Positions 1 through 12,388 of a DNA stretch of 64,000 bases are shown here, in pieces; position 1 is the first letter of the stretch, and every line of letters begins with the position of its first letter. Under the pieces are notes generated by a model, which was not told where the DNA came from, did not search any database, and saw nothing but the letters and a program-made list of their open reading frames with translations. Both the position numbers and the translations under genes were made by a program. Origin of the DNA: Toensbergia leucococca. Lineage: Eukaryota. The stretch is taken from NCBI GenBank assembly GCA_022813965.1, contig JALDZS010000134.1, positions 1 through 64,000 of the forward strand, read 5' to 3'.

Positions 1-312
1 ATGCAAACTCGTCGGAATGATTAGCTTACCTGGGTGTTTCTTCAATGTCCATTTCTTCTTCGTCTCTATGACTGGTAAGGATTGTAAATGCTTCGAGTCT
101 GCCTCCTTGCGGGCCTTTGCACTATCGAGCCATCTATAGATGTGCACACGAGTACCCTGCGCTACATGATTAGGCCAGCTATGGAGCAGTAGATTAGTCG
201 TCACTGACTGACGATCCCGCATCAAGTATGACTCCATATTTCCCTACAACAAGCACAGTATTAGACTGATGGAATTCAAAAAGCGGAACTTTGCGAACGT
301 ACATTTCGCCAT
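1..312 (-). CDS. YND1: Golgi apyrase / nucleoside diphosphatase (GDA1/CD39 family), 5' part; runs off the window start
   Basis: Not in the ORF track. Manual splicing of exons 312-303, 243-209 and 156-30 (GT..AG introns) gives MAKWKYGVILDAGSSGTRVHIYRWLDSAKARKEA...KKWTLKKHP. DAGSSGTR is apyrase conserved region 1. Confidence 0.88.
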
Positions 313-960
313 CAGGCCAGATCACCTGCGAAGCATGTCCTTTCTCCTGGATGCTCTGTATCTAGTGAGTCCTAAGCAGAATGGATAGGTATCGAATTAA
401 GAGAACAATGAAAGGGAGCGACGAGATTGTTTAGAAAAACAGGTAACGAGAGTTGATGGTGAGTTGATTAGTCGAAGCTTCATACTTCGCATCGAAGGCA
501 CCGAGTGGCTGATAACGATAGTTCTACCTCATGCAGGGCTTGACACTAGTGGTCTTGGCGAATGATGACGACGACGACCCTTGATGGCCTAGTCGAGTAT
601 CAAACCCTTCGCTCTTAAATATCAATGTGCTCTTTGTCTACCTCTATAGCCTTCATGGAAATGACGACTATCTATCTAGCGATAGACTGTTTGACATGGT
701 AAACCCAATTGTCGCCTTTAAGAGAGCGATATCACTCCATACAATTCACAGGTTTCAGTCATCAATTTCTATTTCAAAAGCAGAGATAAGACCCATGGAG
801 AAGATCTATCTAAGTACCAACGAGTTCTCATCCTACAAGATCCCAAGGCCAATAGATATCCCCATCGCATCATTCCCTTAACCCATGCATGCCATTTCAG
901 CTCCATCAACTATCGGTCCCCATCCAGAAGATCCCGACATACTCGTACTCTTCCCACCTA

Positions 961-1158
961 TTACCCGGAAGCACGAAGGCCGGAAGCACGAATAATGTTC
1001 CAGCAATCAGGGCAAAAGTCATCGTTCACGTCCACCTCCAATGACGTCTCCTCCTCGCATCTATGATTTGGGTCCTTGTCGACGGCATCACAATGCCTAA
1101 TCATCTTGTCGTACTGGCAGGGGCATTTCGTATAGGTGGTCTTTTCGTAGTGGCACAT
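961..1158 (-). CDS. Small (65 aa) Cys/His-rich hypothetical protein, possibly Zn-binding
   Basis: ATG at 1158 (context AAAATG) gives MCHYEKTTYTKCPCQYDKMIRHC...HRC...FCPDCW with 7 Cys and a terminal CxxC. Single exon. Confidence 0.55.
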   Translation of the reverse strand: MCHYEKTTYTKCPCQYDKMIRHCDAVDKDPNHRCEEETSLEVDVNDDFCPDCWNIIRASGLRASG

Positions 1159-1879
1159 TTTAGGGGACTCGTTATTGAAATTCACTGCTGGTGTGAGGGT
1201 GGTCCTGTATGCTGCCGTTCGATAAGATTGTTCTCCGACCTGGTGATGCTTATGCAGTGCTGGTGATGAAGCTCTTTGAAAATACGTGTGCAGAGGGATG
1301 TAGATGAAGAAAGAAAGAGGCCTCATATGGAGATATAAGTACTTGATGGCTTGGTGTCAATTCCCTACTATGACTCCGCTTCTCTGTGAAGGCCATACAG
1401 TCTTGTCAGAAGTGGAGAGTGAAGGCGACTCTTGACTACTTTCATTTCTAGCGTGGGCACAAACTTGTACGTTAGTATCCAAAAAGGAGAATTGGCCGTG
1501 AACAGAGAGTATTTTGATTACAAGAATAAAGTTGAAAAGATGAAATCAACTATGTAATGGCGATGAAGGCGATGGTCAGGGGACTTAAAGGTAAGAATCG
1601 GGTGGGAAGAACAACTTGGGGTCTGGGGAAATTGGAAGCTGTGATTAAGACTGCGACACAAGAACAGAGGAATATCTACTATGGTAAGAAACGTGAGATT
1701 TCATGGGTTCATAATAGTCGTTCATTGAAGATCGTATCGACAATTGCTCAATCTGGCTGCTTTAAAGACTGTATGAATCTTGAATTGTGTTCAAGCTGCT
1801 CAAGTACGTAGTGGTACACACGTCCATGAACTGTGAACTTTGCGCTCAAGTAATACATTGTCATCGTTGTTGGAGACGA

Positions 1880-3436
1880 TCAACACGCCATAGCTACCTG
1901 GTGTCCCATTCGAAGACGTCGACCGCCAGATCTAGCTTCATTGCCTGGAACTTTAGATGGGCGCTTTTCGGTGTTGTCCATTTCGTTTCGTAGAGTGTGC
2001 ACCTGCCTTTTGATAACCTGCATCAACAAATTTGAATGAAATTCATCTTCTGCGCCATCCCCATTCTCGTTCGTTTTGCCATCCGCTTTGCCGACCACTA
2101 TACCATCGACTTCGCCATCAACTTCGCCGCTGTCACTGCTCTGGCTACTCATGCAATCTGTGGCTTTACCCTCCTGAGCACGTCGGCCAACGATAATCAG
2201 CAATGCCGTGACAAATAGCTCTTTCATATAAGCGAAGCTAAATCCTTCTGTGATCTTCGCGATCGCAGGTGACAAACATGAAGGGAAGTCCATTGAGGGA
2301 TTCTTGTCAAGCTTTCCTCTCCAGTATTCACAGTAAGCAGCTCGCTCGGCCTCTCCTGGAAGTTTGTAATGATACTTTCGATCGAATCGACTCGGACGTT
2401 TCGAGATACCTGCGTCCAGCTTCTCCAAGTGGTTAGTACTTCCAATCATTAAGATACCCTCATTTGATTCCAAGCCATCTACTTCGTTCAAAAAATAGCT
2501 TCGTACTTGGTCTGTAACCAAACTATCAATGTCTTCGAAGATGAGGAGACAAGGCGCCATGTTCCTCGCATGAACGAAGATTTGACGGACAGAATACTGT
2601 GGACCTTGACAAGCGTCGAAAGATTTGACGTAGAGGGCTGGGACGGGCTCCGAGCGTATGGAGAGAGCGTGCATCAGAGCTTTTATGGAGATGGTTTTGC
2701 CATTTCCAGGCTCCCCATGAAAGATGATCCCCCTCTTCCAAGGCACAGCAAATTCCTTATAGATATCCTTACGATCAAAGAACCCTTCGATGTCCTCAAC
2801 CAGACTCTTTTTCATTGCACTGTCCAATATGACCTCTTCCCAAGTAGCCTTCTGCACGTCCTTGTACAGCTCTCTATTCTTTGTCCACATGCCCGAGTCG
2901 AATACATAAATCTCTTTGTGCAGAATGGTGCACCACTTAGAGGCTGTAAGAATCAGCTGGTCAGCATTAGCTGAATGGCCAAGATCTAACCCTGGTTGCG
3001 AGCGTTCCGAAAGAATGTAAAAGTTTCGGACTGATCCTTGCATGGGTACCACCCATTCTGCCAGGTATACTAGGAAGTTTTGCCGATCCCAATGGTAGTG
3101 ATATTTCCCGAAGTTAACATGGTCATTCAGAGTTCCTGGACTTTCATCCAAACGACGGGCGGATGGTTTGAATACTCGCTGAGATAGATATCCTTCGTCT
3201 TTCACCTCTAGCTCTGCTTTAGCATTCCCTGCTCTCGCAAAGGCAAGAAGATCACAGGTTGAAGCCGAGGTGAGTGTTACATGGTAGTCACGGTGGATTT
3301 TGCGGAGCGAATCCAGAACGGCTACGCCGGTAGCAACTCGATGGGCGTCGCTGTGTTCGAGGAAACTTTCAAATGCCTGCTTGTCATTCTGAGGAGCAGT
3401 GTTGCTAGATATCTGGTTTGATGCTTCCATATTCAT
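1880..3436 (-). CDS. AAA+ ATPase (single AAA module, fungal family)
   Basis: Intronless ORF with Walker A GEPGNGKT, Walker B LLIFEDID, NEVDG, sensor-1 STN and arginine finger RPSRFDR. First ATG at 3436; the ORF-track start at 3550 is a TTG. Confidence 0.9.
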   Translation of the reverse strand: MNMEASNQISSNTAPQNDKQAFESFLEHSDAHRVATGVAVLDSLRKIHRDYHVTLTSASTCDLLAFARAGNAKAELEVKDEGYLSQRVFKPSARRLDESPGTLNDHVNFGKYHYHWDRQNFLVYLAEWVVPMQGSVRNFYILSERSQPGLDLGHSANADQLILTASKWCTILHKEIYVFDSGMWTKNRELYKDVQKATWEEVILDSAMKKSLVEDIEGFFDRKDIYKEFAVPWKRGIIFHGEPGNGKTISIKALMHALSIRSEPVPALYVKSFDACQGPQYSVRQIFVHARNMAPCLLIFEDIDSLVTDQVRSYFLNEVDGLESNEGILMIGSTNHLEKLDAGISKRPSRFDRKYHYKLPGEAERAAYCEYWRGKLDKNPSMDFPSCLSPAIAKITEGFSFAYMKELFVTALLIIVGRRAQEGKATDCMSSQSSDSGEVDGEVDGIVVGKADGKTNENGDGAEDEFHSNLLMQVIKRQVHTLRNEMDNTEKRPSKVPGNEARSGGRRLRMGHQVAMAC

Positions 3437-5557
3437 CGAAGAATTCTTTCCTTTGTTCACACCGAAAGGCTCGGGGGGGGCAAAATATAGTAGCAACGAG
3501 TAGAAACAGCTTAGGGAAGTAGGAGAGTTTGCATGTATTTGAGGAAGCAACTGCTAGAGACTGGGCCTCACTCACATGTAGGCAACATTCAGGCAACTGA
3601 GGATGCTAGGCATTCTCTATGCGCAACCAATCATCATCAGGCGGGAGCAGACACGACTTGGATGTATACCAAAGCCCATGTTCTACGTCACTAAATTGCC
3701 CTGATAACATTTTACCTATCCAATAATGGCGAGGTAGCGAGTCATCATGTAATACTGAAGTGGCATAGATGTTCGTCATCGAAGAGGGGACTCGGCGTCA
3801 ATGTGGCACGGGTAAGCTAAGGCTATCAAAGTCATGAAGATTGGCAACCTGCAGCCTCCTAGTCTCCTAATTTAAGGGACCACGTCAATCTGTATGAGTG
3901 CTCACACAACATAGACAAATTAAAAATGAATAACAGAACAATAACCTTCCGAGGCTTGAACTGCCATGCGACAACTAGTCCTTCGCGTCCCGCACCGGCT
4001 CTCGGATCCCTCCAAGCTTAGGACTGCAGTCAGCGTTCCAAAGAAACAATTTCACGGCGATTTGGGAATACTTTGTCATACCTTTATGGCCTTTCTATAG
4101 TAAGAATCGAAGTGATAGCCGACGGCCAACACAACAGACATGATTAACAAGAAGCCAGTGAGGAGTGTCGCAGTCTTCTCCCATTCCTGCACATCTCGAT
4201 AAAACTGACGAAATGCTTCCGGCGTGTCTTCTTCTTTGATTGGCATCGACTGCGAAATTTGGTTCAGTCAGTGTGCACACCAAAAGTGGGAAGCGAAAGC
4301 TTACCCCAATAGCCCACCAATTTGTGAGTAGAGTTGGAGGTAAGCATAGCGCAGTTGACCTTATGACAATAGCCTAAGCCTTGTCAGGATGCAGATACTC
4401 CTTCTCGTTAACAAGTCCTGCTATCGTCAATACAAGCATGCTTTAATGAGACTCGGAGCTTACCTGTGATGGCAATCGCAAAGGCTGCTAGGGCAAATAT
4501 CGATTTTCCAATGAACACATAATGTTTAATGAGGTTTTGACAGAGGTAGTATTTCTCTTCATAGTGATTAAATTTTATCAGTGAAATGTTTGAAAGGCAA
4601 TGTCTCAGAGTAATTGAGGAGCGTTGAATATAGTGGGAGGGTTGAGTGTCTTGGGAGTGTTGGTTTGAAGAGGTCCTGGTGTCTGTCATGTTGATAAATG
4701 TAATGCAGAACAAATGGGAAAATACTATGATCTGGAAGATGCAAAGGAGAAAAAGAGGGTGGATATGAAGAAGGCACTGAATCAAACAATATATTCCAAA
4801 CGGCCAAATGGGGCGAACGCCATGTACCTCCTTTTCCACATCCAGGTTTTTTTTAGACTAGAATTAGTACGAAACTCATGCTCAAAGAGGAAGTCACTTA
4901 CACTACTTCACAATCTAAATGTTCACCTTTTCAATGACTTGACACCACCTGTGAATTTTCTGCTTGAAGGAGCGAGCCAATACAAAAATGGTCACTCACG
5001 GATAGGAGTTATGATAAAAGTACCATCTTTGTATTGACATCTTGACGCTCTCGACATCATCTCAAATCATGCCAGTTCCTGTAAGGTATAGACTCATATT
5101 GCTTTTGTGGCTCCATGAGGACAGAGGTTGGTAGGGAGTCACCTTGGACTGCGATTTCTTGGTGTCCTCTCAACATCAAACAATTGAAACGATGAACTTC
5201 TCATCAATCGTAGATCGCAGTAGCATTGATTTTCAAAAATGCATGAAGAAATGGATTCTAGAGGGACTTCCTATAATCTAGGCGTGTAAACTCTAAGGAA
5301 TATGACTAATTCGATCAAAGTGAAAGGAGACAAGAGCAAAAAGCTGACACAAAGAACTCAGCCCGCATCTCATTCAAAATCGTTGGCGTGTTTTGTACTC
5401 GTGTTTGAATAGGAAAAGGATTGAGATCAGATAGTCTCTCTATTGACGTGCAGGACCGCCCCAATATGTACACAGCATTCTAGGGCCTACTGATACAGAC
5501 TTGCGGAACCAAGAGAAGTCCAAGCTTTGAAACATGCAACTCACTTTACTTCGCCTT

Positions 5558-6523
5558 TCATCCGATCACCACCTTTCCTTCCTCCCCGAAGCTGTATGAA
5601 GGAATCTCGAGATTTAGAGGTGCGGGTCCCTTTCTTGCTCGTCCAGAAACATCATAGTGCGAACCGTGGCAAGGACAAAACCATCCTCCAAAATCACCTG
5701 ATTCGCCAATTGGTACACAACCCAAATGTGTGCAGACACCTGGAGGAATATATTCAGTTAGCGAAATTTGCCTATGGCGGGAAAAACTGGTTGAATGAGA
5801 AATTGTTTGAGCACCCACCCAGCATGATCAGCCATTCAGGGTTCTGAACACGGTCCGAGTCTGGTTGAGGATCTCGCAAAGATTCCCATTTTGTGCCCTC
5901 GGCATCTTTAATTTCATCTGGAGTCCGGTGGCGGATGAAGACGGGCTTGCCTCGCCATTTTATGATGACCTGTCGTAATAGTCAGAGGCCTGGATCCCGA
6001 GTCAACAAATGATATAAGACGTACATTTCTCCCCAACGGAATGGCGCTTAGATCGACCTCAACTTTGGCTTGCGCTAGGACATCTGCCGATGCTGCCATG
6101 TTGACAAGGAAATCTACCCCAATTTGGTTCAGTAGCTGTAACATTATGATGCCTCGAGGAGTTCATTCATGTAAAGCACCTAGCAATTCGACCACTTGAC
6201 TCACCTTGTACAGTAGCTTTTGCACCTGCGGCCGTTAATACGCCCATGGTCCCCACCATAAAGTATTGAAACACCCTATTCGACGTCTCGGGTTTCTTGC
6301 TCATGTAATTTGCGAAGCTAGGTATCTTGGTTGTCGGGTTTGACTGTGGGTTTTTAAAGGGACTCTCGAATGATGGTGTACGGTCAAATTCGCCCGCCGT
6401 CCTTTCCACAACATCTGCTTTGCCCCGCCATTGTGCTGCGAGGGAGGCGATTTGATGGGGCTTTAGTCGCTGCCGCGAACAGACACGGAGCATCGTGCTG
6501 GATGAGGACGTGAGAGAAGGCAT
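5558..6523 (-). CDS. RIP1: Cytochrome bc1 complex Rieske iron-sulfur protein, mitochondrial
   Basis: Exons 6523-6205, 6113-6025, 5969-5820, 5739-5558. Motifs CTHLGCVP and [10 protein letters not shown]-terminal presequence and TM anchor ([18 protein letters not shown]). Confidence 0.97.
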
Positions 6524-6959
6524 ACTGCTGAGTCGTCGAATATTGCGATGCTGTGGAAATCAGGGTGGTGACGAGGATGCGAATTGAGTTGCAGACGCTA
6601 GTGAGCTACAGAGTACCTAGAATAGCGGGTTTTTAGAATACAGTATGACTTTCAACACGAAGATTCTTTTCATCATTTGCCCGGTCCTAATATCTCGATT
6701 CAACAGAAATGGTTTGTACTATTTGATGGGATCAACTGAGTCTTGGTGAACGGTCATCTTTGTCACCATGTGGTCCGGCATCCTGGATGACGTTTCCAAG
6801 GTTCTATGCTATTATATTACAGGATGCAAATTGAAGAATTGTGCTTCCAAAAGCCTAAAAGAGGTCTCTGCTCCCAGCAAGATCTATGCACCATAACCTC
6901 CAATACACCTTCCGAGGAAAAATCTTTGCATAGTCATAGGTCTACGCCTTGACTTTCAA

Positions 6960-7727
6960 TCACCCCATTTCAACATCATCAGGTCTATCTCGATGAGAAG
7001 TTCCGTTTGGTTCATAGTGCTCAAAGACAAGTGTGCCATTAGCTTTAGGGGATACGTCTTCAGGCACAAAAGTCCCACGATCATCGATAGTCCCGTCTGC
7101 TGAGACTGTCTCGTCATCCATGGTGATGTCGTGAAGACCGTTTGTTTTTTCTGTGCGATTTGAATGTGGTTGTAGTGTGTATAAGGTTGTTTGCCCGGTC
7201 TGCAATGGTACACTGCCCCTTGTTGCCCTGGCCTTCTTTTCCTTATACTCTTTAAAGGTCGAAGTTCGAGGGATAACGTCTGAAAGGAATTCAAGATTAT
7301 CGATACGAGCAACAGCGTTGGCTTTATGCAAACGAGTCAGCTCGGAACATATACATGTTTGAACAGTCAAGCAAACCAAGATCCTTATACTGGATATTCC
7401 GTCTTGGTTTCCTCTCGGATTTGACGACGTTCAGTGCTTGCTCAGCAAGATAACGAGCGAACATTTCCTAGCTTTATGAATATTTGGAGAATTGGCTGCG
7501 AACCCTTGGAATTGATACCTACCGTAGCTACAGTAATGACAAATGATGCACCGGCAGAACAATGGCTGATATCATCGTCCAGCAGTAGTATACGTCTGAC
7601 TCTAGCCACTTCTCATCAGAGGATTAGTAAAGCACGGATGCGAACATTGGTGGATAATCATACAAGGTAACGCCGCTGAACCGGTGATTTCTTCAGGGGG
7701 CGGTATAGCTGTATTGTTGTAGGGCAT
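6960..7727 (-). CDS. Histone-fold (CBF/NF-Y, H2A-like) protein, Dpb3/Dls1-like subunit of Pol epsilon/CHRAC
   Basis: Spliced product MPYNNTAIPPPEEITGSAALPLARVRRILLLDDDISHCSAGASFVITVATEMFARYLAEQALNVVKSERKPRRNIQYKDLANAVARIDNLEFLSDVIP, a typical NF-YC-type histone fold. Three introns. Confidence 0.85.
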
Positions 7728-8026
7728 TTCTGGAGTCTGTCCGGGCAGTGGGCGGGGCTTTCGTAGATGATGAAGCGGGTTCTTCGACAACTCAGTGGTA
7801 CCGTATGGACCAGCTGCGGGTCGAAGACCAGGTAATATTGTTGAGATCTCACGTCGTTCTGGCGTTGACAATTTGGTCGTGCTGAATGAGCCAATCGCAG
7901 GTCGAAGGCCAGGGATTGCCGGTAATAAAATTGACGTTTTGGTGTTGATGTCAGGCTTGTATTGTGAAGTCTTCGGCTCAACTCGTCCTGAATTTCCTCC
8001 TCTGCTGTGTCCGTTGAATCAGACAT
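7658..8026 (-). CDS. Upstream overlapping ORF (122 aa unspliced), unknown function
   Basis: ATG with A at -3 (cagtATGtct). Overlaps the histone-fold start codon in a different frame. No family recognised. Confidence 0.3.
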   Translation of the reverse strand: MSDSTDTAEEEIQDELSRRLHNTSLTSTPKRQFYYRQSLAFDLRLAHSARPNCQRQNDVRSQQYYLVFDPQLVHTVPLSCRRTRFIIYESPAHCPDRLQKCPTTIQLYRPLKKSPVQRRYLV

Positions 8027-8270
8027 ACTGAGTTGATCAATGATAACTTGCGCAATTCAGCACATACCTATATAGTAATGAAGCCTTGGATTTCAGGGAC
8101 CAGAAGAGTTGAGAGTGAATTCAATAATTGAGTGAATACCTTATTGAAGTAGAAAGTTGCCACTGACCAATCCCTCGGTTCGGTCACCCCATCACCTCGG
8201 CCTTTCGATCAAATGCGGCGGAATCACGACTTGTCCTTTTGAATTTCATCATGTAGTATGACCCGATGTA

Positions 8271-11122
8271 ATGAACTCTCGCTCATCGTCTTTCTCTGCG
8301 CAGCCTCGGAGCCGACCGCCTCTGCCAGACCGTGCCATATCAAGACGTCTTTCCACTCTCTCCGGCGCTGAGCTAGGACAAAATGGAGCTTCGACAGGCA
8401 GCGCCGAACATGAGATCACAGAGGAAATCGAAAAAATAAAGAGATACGAAGATTTCACTACCATAGACTGGGTACAAGACGCCGCGCGGGAACAACTTAG
8501 GAGAAGAGCCAGGCGAAGAGAGAATGCAGGCTTCTTTGAGCGAGAGGGTAGCTTGGGTTGGAGGCATAAGCTCTGGGATACCTATGAAGCAGGCCAGGCA
8601 TGGATTGTGGTCACACTCGTCGGTGCGGCCATTGGTCTCAACGCAGGCTTCCTCAATATCGTCACGGAATGGCTGTCAGATATAAAGTTGGGATACTGTA
8701 CCACAGCTTTCTACTTGAACGAGAGCTTCTGCTGTTGGGGTGGCGAAAATGGTGTGTGCTTTCTGCGGCTTTTGCGTATAAAGACTAAATATCCCAGGAT
8801 GTGATGAATGGCATCGATGGAGCTCATTCTGGCCTATTAACTACTTCCTCTACTTTCTATTTTCGGTATGTCTGCAAGAATTTTTGGTAGATCTGCTATA
8901 GTGACCAGGATACAGATACTCTTCGCTCTAACGTCCGCAAGCCTTGTTAAATCCTTTGCCCCCTACGCTGCAGGATCAGGCATCTCTGAGATTAAGTGCA
9001 TTATAGCTGGCTTTGTCATGAAAGGTTTCCTTGGTTTCTGGACGCTTCTTATCAAGTCCATAAGCCTACCACTAGCAATTGCGTCAGGCTTATCCGTTGG
9101 AAAGGAAGGCCCAAGTGTCCATTACGCAGTCTGCACGGGAAATGTCATTTCAAGATTTTTTGACAAGTACAAACGCAATGCGGCCAATACTAGAGAGATT
9201 CTCAGCGCATGCGCAGCGGCAGGAGTTGCAGTGGCGTTTGGAAGTCCTATCGGTGGTGTTTTGTTTTCACTAGAGGTGATTTTCTCCATGTCTTGAGCTC
9301 TAGCACTATTGGAAGCTAATATTCTCAGGAAATGTCGTCTTACTTCCCTCTCAAAACAATGTGGCGCAGTTACTTCTGTGCTTTGGTAGCTACTGCGGTG
9401 TTGGCGGCGAGTACAGCGTAGCTCCCTAACCCTGATGTTGCTAACCTCAAGCTGTGCAGGCAATGAATCCATTCAGAACGGGTCAGCTCGTCATGTTCCA
9501 AGTCAGATATGACAGATCATGGCATTTCTTCGAAATCATCTTCTTCATCTTTATCGGAATTTTCGGGGGGCTCTACGGCGCTTTTGTGATCAAATGGAAT
9601 TTACGAGTGCAGGCGTTCCGGAAGAAGTACCTCTCAAAATATGCCGTACTAGAAGCAACACTTCTCGCTGCGGGCACCGCTATACTATGCTATCCTAATA
9701 TGTTTCTCAGAATTGACATGACAGAGAGCATGGAGATTCTGTTCCTGGAATGTGAAGGAGGCCACGATTATGATGGTTTATGCGAGTAGGTAAGTTCATG
9801 GACCATGTTTGGAAGGTTACTGACTACGTCTAGAGCTAAGAATCGATGGTCTATGGCATTGTCCCTGGCTTTTGCAACTATTATGAGAACATTCTTGGTC
9901 ATTATCTCGTATGGCTGCAAAGTTCCAGCAGGTATCTTTGTACCTTCCATGGCAATTGGTGCATCATTTGGGAGAATGATCGGTATTTTGGTGCAAGCTC
10001 TACATGAGTCGTTTCCCAATTCAAGAGTCTTTGCAGCATGTGAGCCCGATGTACCTTGCATTACACCTGGAACCTACGCCTTCCTCGGCGCTGGAGCAGC
10101 GCTCAGCGGCATCATGCACATTACCGTTTCTGTAGTGGTGATTATGTTTGAGTTGACGGGTGCTTTAACATACATATTGCCTACTATGGTAAGCTCAAAA
10201 GACTAAATATGCCTAGTTTGGTGACTAACACCCATTTGCCTAGATTGTCGTTGGCGTTACAAAAGCTGTCAGTGATCGCTTCGGCGTAGGCGGAATAGCA
10301 GACAGAATGATCTGGTTCAACGGCTTCCCGTTCCTCGACAACAAAGAGGAACACATGTTTGGAGTGCCTGTTTCTCAGGTCATGACTAGCGAAATCACGT
10401 CCCTTCCATCATCCGGGCTGAAACTCCGAGAGCTCGAGGCCTTACTCTCTCGCAGCAAGTACCAAGGGTTCCCTGTAATTGAGGATGGCACAACAAAGAT
10501 CTTACTCGGCTATATTGGACGTACGGAACTGCGTTATGCTATTGACCGTACGAAAAAGGAGGGGCTCATCTCACCGAATGCGAAATGCCTCTTTAACCAA
10601 CCATCGTCCACAGCCATCCGAACGCCATCAATAAGTGCTCCTGCGATCACGTTTGATGCCATTGCATCCTCTTCAGGCCAGCAATCAGTGGATTTTAGTC
10701 GATTTGTAGATCCGACACCTTTAGCTGTACACCCACGTCTACCGCTTGAGACAGTCATGGAGCTTTTCAAGAAAATGGGCCCACGAGTAATCCTTGTAGA
10801 GTATCGAGGTCGTTTGGCGGGTCTTGTCACGGTCAAGGACTGCCTCAAGTACCAATTCAAAGTCGAAGCTCAAGAAAATCCACGTGATGACTCGACATTT
10901 GGAGAGAGACAGGAGAAATTATGGGATATCATTAATCGGGTGGCGGACTGGCTTGCAGATAGAATTATGAGTGTGTCGGGAGGAAGAATTCAGCTTGGAG
11001 GCAGAGGGTCCAACACGAGGGATCCAAGGGATCATCTATCACCCATCCAAGCATCTTCGCAACATGGTATACTTGATGGAACCGAGGATGACGATGCAGG
11101 TGTAGAATTACAGGATCGATGA
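8271..11122 (+). CDS. CLC voltage-gated chloride channel / Cl-/H+ exchanger (Gef1/ClC-3-like) with C-terminal CBS domains
   Basis: Signature motifs [16 protein letters not shown] and [10 protein letters not shown]-terminal YEDFTTIDW, and a CBS pair in the last exon. Multi-exon, including one GC-AG intron. Confidence 0.96.
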
Positions 11123-12388
11123 AATATCATCAGAAATATGGCGTATATCATGTGGACTGAAAGGCTCTTTTAGATAGATGTTATTAAATATGTTGTAACA
11201 GTACCACGGCACTAATGGTCTGTCTCAAGATTTAATGGGCGTAATTCCTGTTCTGGATGTCATGAACGAAGTCGAGCGATTTCTCAGAAGTTCATTGAAC
11301 ACGAATTTCATCATTGACCGTTTGATCAAAAAGCGGTGAGAAGGAGCAAACAATATCTGTTACTCTAGTCGAGTCTGGATGTCGAAGCAGGTCACACTAC
11401 TGCAAGCATGAGGCGGGGCAGAGGGTGGGTCCCACCGATGTCGCGCACCATGAAACAAAGGTTGTCAGCTCAGAAATAGATTAAGCACGAGGGCTAGAGT
11501 GCCTTGGCCGGGTTCCGCAGTCTGCAGGAGTTTGCTAGTCTTGAGGGAGAATGGAGTGAGAGTTTGTCCGCAGCAAGTGGTACAAGTACCATGTAACGTC
11601 CAACTCGGATGACCATGTGAGAAACATTGTTGAGCAGAATGAACCCGAGTTGGGTTGTTGATCGGAGTTGATGATTGTGTTCATAACCTCCCGGAATCTT
11701 TTCATACTCTAATGCAAGCTATTCTCATTCTAGACTCCAAACCTACCACCTACCGTACTTTTGAAAGTTGAAACGGAGTCGAAGCTTCTATTAACATTAG
11801 CAAATTGGATTCGGGCGCGTCAGTGGTCGGATGGGATTTACCCACGGGAGGCCGGCTTGGGCCTAGTACGTTGGATTGGCGTTTAGATGCTGCAGGAGAA
11901 TGGGTCCATCTTAGCTACATCCGATCTAGCAGAATCGAGAAGACGTCATAGCAGCCAATGAGAGCAAGTATTGCGAGCTATTGCTCTCTAAGCTTCGGCG
12001 CTAATGGCACTAAGGATGGGCAGGGCAGGCTTAGTGTGGCTTTCGCCTCCTCCTGCCTCTGCTGTTGTTGCTATGCTATTACCTTGCAACTAGTTATTAC
12101 CCACCCTCCCCCGCCATCCGATCCAACATACACACAAACTCACTCGACCCATCTCATCCTTCTTCGTCATTTCTTACAATCCATCATCTTCATCATACAC
12201 ACCTTTAATAATCACTTCGTCTTGTTCTGATCAATCATTCAACCGTCAAGTCGCACAAGCACAAGCACTAATCCATTGTCAACCTTGTAATCCACTTGCC
12301 AGCCACAATCAGCACTTACATTCCTGCCGAAAGCACTGCCTTCCTTCAACATTACACCAAACCTCCTGCATCATCCATCGGACGAACA

